The notes under the pieces were generated by a model, which did not search any database, had not been told where the DNA came from, and saw nothing but the letters and a program-made list of their open reading frames with translations. The position numbers and the translations under genes are program-made. A DNA stretch of 50,545 nucleotides, from the IMG/VR virus record IMGVR_UViG_2617270947_000016; one strand, given 5' to 3'. The first letter of the stretch is position 1. Every line of letters starts with the position of its first letter. The DNA comes from a virus (Duplodnaviria; Heunggongvirae; Uroviricota; Caudoviricetes). Positions 46,734-50,545 of the stretch are shown one piece after another.

Positions 46734-47215
46734 GCGAAATTAATTACCAGGCACTGCGTGAGGTGGCGGAACGTGCAATTCCAGCAATGGAACGCCTGTT
46801 AATGTTGCCAGCTGATGATGACTTGTTAAGTGAACAGGAACTTAAAGATTACGGTGTGGATATTGATGCGCTCAACGCCTTCAAATTTCTGACCGGACCA
46901 GAAACCGTGCTGGCACTGCTGGATGAACGGGAAAGAAACCTGCAATACATCAAAAGCCGCGATCAGGAGAACGAGGATATTGCGCTAACGGTAGGGAAGC
47001 TGCGCGTTGAGCTTGAAGCAGAAAAACAGCGGGCAAAAGTTCTATTTATGGAAAATGCTCGGCTTAAGTCAGGCATAGCCGGTCTGATACACCTCGGTAT
47101 TCGATATGCAGATGTTGAGGTCATGAAAATTGCTGGAGATGCCCAGCTTTCTACCCCATGCACTGACAGCATCATAAACAGCATTGCAACAGGCATTCGC
47201 ATCAAAGGAGAGTGA
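46730..47215 (+). CDS. Ead/Ea22-like family protein
   Basis: 161 aa; N-terminus MSEINYQALREVAERA; coiled-coil. Confidence 0.5.
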   Translation: MSEINYQALREVAERAIPAMERLLMLPADDDLLSEQELKDYGVDIDALNAFKFLTGPETVLALLDERERNLQYIKSRDQENEDIALTVGKLRVELEAEKQRAKVLFMENARLKSGIAGLIHLGIRYADVEVMKIAGDAQLSTPCTDSIINSIATGIRIKGE

Positions 47216-47216
47216 T

Positions 47217-47732
47217 ATGGCGTTAACACACCACGAACTCTGTCAGATTGCGTACAAGTTCCTTAAGCGCAACGGGTTCAAGGTTTGCTTTCATGACCGC
47301 TTTGTTGCTGTAACCAGTACCGGAGAACAGCCAGATGCTATGGGATTCAGAAATTCAGCATCATGCCTGATAGAGGCGAAGTGTTCTCGTGCTGACTTGT
47401 TGGCAGATAGAAAAAAGCGTTTCCGTAAAAATCCCTCACTTGGCATGGGCGACTGGCGATTCTTTATTAGTGAGCCGGAAATTATTTCAGTTGAGGATTT
47501 ACCTCCCGGCTGGGGATTACTTCACGTTGTTAACGGAAGAGTACGGAAAGTACATGGATGGCCCAGGGGTAATTGCTGTTGGGGTAATCCTGACGATAAG
47601 CCATTTACTGGGAATAAGCAGGTTGAATGCGATTACATGTTATCTGCATTAAGGCGCATGGAGTTGAGAGGGCACCTTAATGAAATATATGACGGTGTGA
47701 TTGTTAATAAGAAAGAAGGAAACGCGGCATGA
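47217..47732 (+). CDS. Putative PD-(D/E)xK-fold nuclease-like protein
   Basis: Start MALTHHEL with RBS AAAGGAGAG; motif PDAMGF...CLIEAKCS. Confidence 0.35.
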   Translation: MALTHHELCQIAYKFLKRNGFKVCFHDRFVAVTSTGEQPDAMGFRNSASCLIEAKCSRADLLADRKKRFRKNPSLGMGDWRFFISEPEIISVEDLPPGWGLLHVVNGRVRKVHGWPRGNCCWGNPDDKPFTGNKQVECDYMLSALRRMELRGHLNEIYDGVIVNKKEGNAA

Positions 47733-48487
47733 TCACTATTACCAAAGGGCGACTGCTGACAATCAAGCAGTGGCGCGAAACATACGGACCGGGTAGCAAC
47801 GTTGTACTGCCAGCAGAAGAAGCGGAAGAACTGGCACGAATTGCACTGGTATCGCTGGAAGCAGAGCCAGTGGCAAAGATTATAGCTCATTACCCATTAG
47901 GAGTTGACGTAGGCAAACAAAAGTTCGTACAGGCCATTGGAGAGCTTCCTGACTTTGGCGGATATCTATTTGCCGCCCCGCCAGCGCCGGTAGTGCCGGA
48001 AGAAGCAACTCCGGAAAACGTAGAAATGCTCTCTGGCTATGTTTCCACGTACAAATTAACCGATAGCGAGCGCGATATTGCTGCCGAAATATGGAACGCC
48101 TGCCGCACCGCCATGCTTCAGTCCGGAAACTTTCGGGAAAGCAAGAATTCGTCAACCAATAATTTTCGGGAAATCCCGGAAGCGTCAACCAGCTCTCCGG
48201 TAACTCCGGCTCTTCTGCCAGGTGGTTTCACCATTGAGGAGGCGAAGGAATTACATGAAGACCTGGTACGCAGCCACATAAGCAAGGCCTTAAGTGGCGA
48301 AAAGATGAAAAAGAAAGATCGCGATGCTGATTTGCGCTGGATTCATGGCGTTATAGTTCAGGCAGCGTGGCTTGTAAAAGCATCACTGGAGCAGAATGCA
48401 CTATCGGGCAACTCTCCGGTAACTCCGGATGGTTGGATAAGCTGTAGTGAGCGAATGCCGGACGACAGGCAGGAGGTGAATCAATGA
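47729..48487 (+). CDS. Hypothetical protein, possibly DUF551-type C-terminus
   Basis: 252 aa; C-terminal ...DGWISCSERMPDD. Confidence 0.4.
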   Translation: MITITKGRLLTIKQWRETYGPGSNVVLPAEEAEELARIALVSLEAEPVAKIIAHYPLGVDVGKQKFVQAIGELPDFGGYLFAAPPAPVVPEEATPENVEMLSGYVSTYKLTDSERDIAAEIWNACRTAMLQSGNFRESKNSSTNNFREIPEASTSSPVTPALLPGGFTIEEAKELHEDLVRSHISKALSGEKMKKKDRDADLRWIHGVIVQAAWLVKASLEQNALSGNSPVTPDGWISCSERMPDDRQEVNQ

Positions 48488-48571
48488 GCTGGCCTGATGC
48501 AATCGTAACTCTGGGGGTGGTATTCGCAGCAGCGTTTGTTGTGTTCTCGATTTGTCGATGGGGATAACCAC

Positions 48572-48814
48572 ATGTTCGCTTTGATTCAACGCGGTCAGAT
48601 ATACACGGACAGAGCTGGATACCCCGTGGTGATTACTCGCATCACTGAGCACTCAGTGTTCTTTCGACGGATGGACGGACGATCCGGGCGGGTACGCATT
48701 GGTGAGTTAAACTGCCTGTTCGAACATATTGACCACCAGGAGTACCGCAAAATTCTCGCGGACACTGAGCAGGAAAAGCACCTGAAAAAATTACGAGCCA
48801 TAAAAAGGAAGTAA
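48572..48814 (+). CDS. Hypothetical protein
   Basis: 80 aa from internal start MFALIQRGQIY. Confidence 0.4.
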   Translation: MFALIQRGQIYTDRAGYPVVITRITEHSVFFRRMDGRSGRVRIGELNCLFEHIDHQEYRKILADTEQEKHLKKLRAIKRK

Positions 48815-48970
48815 AGAATGAATAAAGCATTTGAACGATGGGTCCACCAGCGTTACGGCAATCGCTATGACCTGACGCGAGATGTTGACGGCTTCTACTG
48901 TCGTGAAGTTGTGAAGCGAATGTTTGAAGTGTGGTGCCACTGCCGTGGATGAAAATTTTATGAGGTTGGC

Positions 48971-49225
48971 ATGCAGACAATCATCTATCAGATAACCCCC
49001 AGCAAATGGTGTACGGAGAGAGTCCTCATTGCATCAACAGGGCTAAAGCCTGGCACCATTGAGCGGGCAAGAAGAAAGTCATGGATGCAGGGAAAAGAAT
49101 ACCGCCATTACGCTGTAGAAGGTGATCCGGGGCACTACAGTGAATGCCTGTACAACATCGAAGAAATTATGCGATGGATCGAAAACCAGAAACAACCAGG
49201 TGCCAAAAATGCAAGTTCCGGTTAA
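48971..49225 (+). CDS. xis: Putative excisionase / small DNA-binding protein
   Basis: 84 aa basic protein immediately upstream of integrase; RBS GAGGTTGG. Confidence 0.5.
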   Translation: MQTIIYQITPSKWCTERVLIASTGLKPGTIERARRKSWMQGKEYRHYAVEGDPGHYSECLYNIEEIMRWIENQKQPGAKNASSG

Positions 49226-49258
49226 CCTGTTAATGCTCCTGGACGTCTGGGAGGTTTA

Positions 49259-50545
49259 ATGAGTAACGCATCATACCCGACAGGCGTTGAAAACCATGGA
49301 GGATCACTCCGTATATGGTTTCACTATAATGGCAAACGTGTCAGAGAAAACCTCGGTGTTCCTGACACAGCCAAAAACCGGAAGATCGCTGGTGAACTTC
49401 GCACTTCCGTTTGTTTTGCAATCAGAATGGGGAGTTTCGACTACGCCGCGCAGTTCCCTAATTCCCCTAACCTGAAACACTTTGGTCTGGGAAAAAGAGA
49501 GATAACCGTTAAGGCACTTTCGGAAAAATGGTTGGACCTTAAGAAAATTGAGATTTGTGCGAATGCACTTAATCGTTACCAGTCAGTAATTAAAAACATG
49601 TTGCCTATGTTGGGTGAGAAAAAACTGGTTTCATCCATAACAAAAGAGGATTTACTTTTCGCAAGGAGAGATTTGTTGACCGGTTACCAAAAGCTTTCTA
49701 ATGGAAAGATTTCTTCCATAAAAGGGCGCTCAGTGGTCACAGTAAACTACTATATGACAACCATAGCTGGAATGTTTCAATTTGCAACAGATAATGGTTA
49801 TACCTCAGGAAACCCATTTAACGGTCTGGCACCCTTAAAAAAGTCCAAGGTAAAACCAGATCCTCTCACCCGTGACGAATTTATTCGTTTTATTGAAGCT
49901 TGCCGTCATCAACAAACAAAAAACCTGTGGATTCTCGCTGTATACACGGGTATTCGTCACGGGGAGCTGGTATCGCTGGCATGGGAAGATATAGATCTTA
50001 AAGCAAGGACTATAACCATCCGTAGGAATTATACAAAACTTGGCGAATTCACTCCACCAAAAACCGATGCTGGCACCGGAAGGACAATTCATCTGGTTCA
50101 ACCAGCTATTGATGCTCTTAAAAGTCAGGCGGAAATGACCATGCTTGGAAAGCAACATTCTGTAGAGGTAAAGCAGAGGGAATATGGGAGAAGTACTGTG
50201 CATAAATGCACTTTTGTTTTTAGTCCTCAGGTAATAAAACAGCGGCAGTTTTCCGGACCGCACTATAAGGTTGACTCCATCAGGGAGTCATGGACAAGTA
50301 TCTTAAAACGCGCAGGTCTGAGACACAGAAAATCGTACCAATCCAGGCATACTTATGCATGCTGGTCACTTGCCGCTGGAGCTAATCCTAGTTTTATCGC
50401 AAGCCAGATGGGCCACACAAACGCACAAATGGTATTCAATGTTTACGGAGCATGGATGAAAGACAACAATCACGAACAGATAGAACTCCTTAACAAAAGA
50501 CTATCTGAAAGTGTCCCATGTATGCCCCATAAGAAAGCTGGGTAA
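49259..50545 (+). CDS. int: Tyrosine-type site-specific integrase
   Basis: 428 aa; catalytic-region residues (R in GIRHGEL, H-x-x-R in SRHTYACW, terminal Y in VYGAW); RBS GGGAGG; stop at window end. Confidence 0.9.
   Translation: MSNASYPTGVENHGGSLRIWFHYNGKRVRENLGVPDTAKNRKIAGELRTSVCFAIRMGSFDYAAQFPNSPNLKHFGLGKREITVKALSEKWLDLKKIEICANALNRYQSVIKNMLPMLGEKKLVSSITKEDLLFARRDLLTGYQKLSNGKISSIKGRSVVTVNYYMTTIAGMFQFATDNGYTSGNPFNGLAPLKKSKVKPDPLTRDEFIRFIEACRHQQTKNLWILAVYTGIRHGELVSLAWEDIDLKARTITIRRNYTKLGEFTPPKTDAGTGRTIHLVQPAIDALKSQAEMTMLGKQHSVEVKQREYGRSTVHKCTFVFSPQVIKQRQFSGPHYKVDSIRESWTSILKRAGLRHRKSYQSRHTYACWSLAAGANPSFIASQMGHTNAQMVFNVYGAWMKDNNHEQIELLNKRLSESVPCMPHKKAG

Larger units (their letters stand above)
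290..50545. mobile_element. Lambda-like (lambdoid) prophage, inverted relative to window; continues beyond right edge (attL not in window)
   Basis: Gene order and protein sequences on minus strand match phage lambda virion genes; lambda-type cosN; CI-type repressor, replication genes, lysis cassette, tyrosine integrase at right end; left boundary inferred from break in mlrA-like reading frame. Confidence 0.9.

Overview
The window is almost entirely one lambda-like (lambdoid) prophage of Escherichia/Shigella type, lying inverted so that its late genes run on the minus strand. The left ~290 bp appear to be host DNA ending in an mlrA-like (MerR-family) gene that is interrupted at the prophage junction. 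From left to right: an SOS-boxed dinI-like gene; tail-fibre accessory genes; the lambda virion module stf-lom-J-I-K-L-M-H-T/G-V-U-Z-FII-FI-E-D-C-B-W-A-Nu1; a lambda-identical cosN; a pinholin / SAR-endolysin / Rz-Rz1 lysis cassette with two insertions; a nanS-p-type esterase; three tRNAs (Arg-UCU, Arg-UCG, Ile/Met-CAU); an orphan DPPY methyltransferase; moron-like cassettes; a Q-like gene; RusA; a DUF968-like protein; DnaB/DnaC/O-like replication genes; Rha-family regulators; a CI-type repressor with flanking operator dyads; a PL operon of mostly uncharacterised small ORFs; a putative excisionase; and a tyrosine integrase ending at the right edge. No stx genes, CRISPR arrays or insertion sequences were seen. 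The most interesting content is accessory: a translationally coupled small-protein plus 3-TM-protein cassette in the late moron site, insertions inside the lysis cassette, and a candidate small RNA in an expanded I-J spacer. All calls rest on reading the sequence and recalled protein families; no database search was run.
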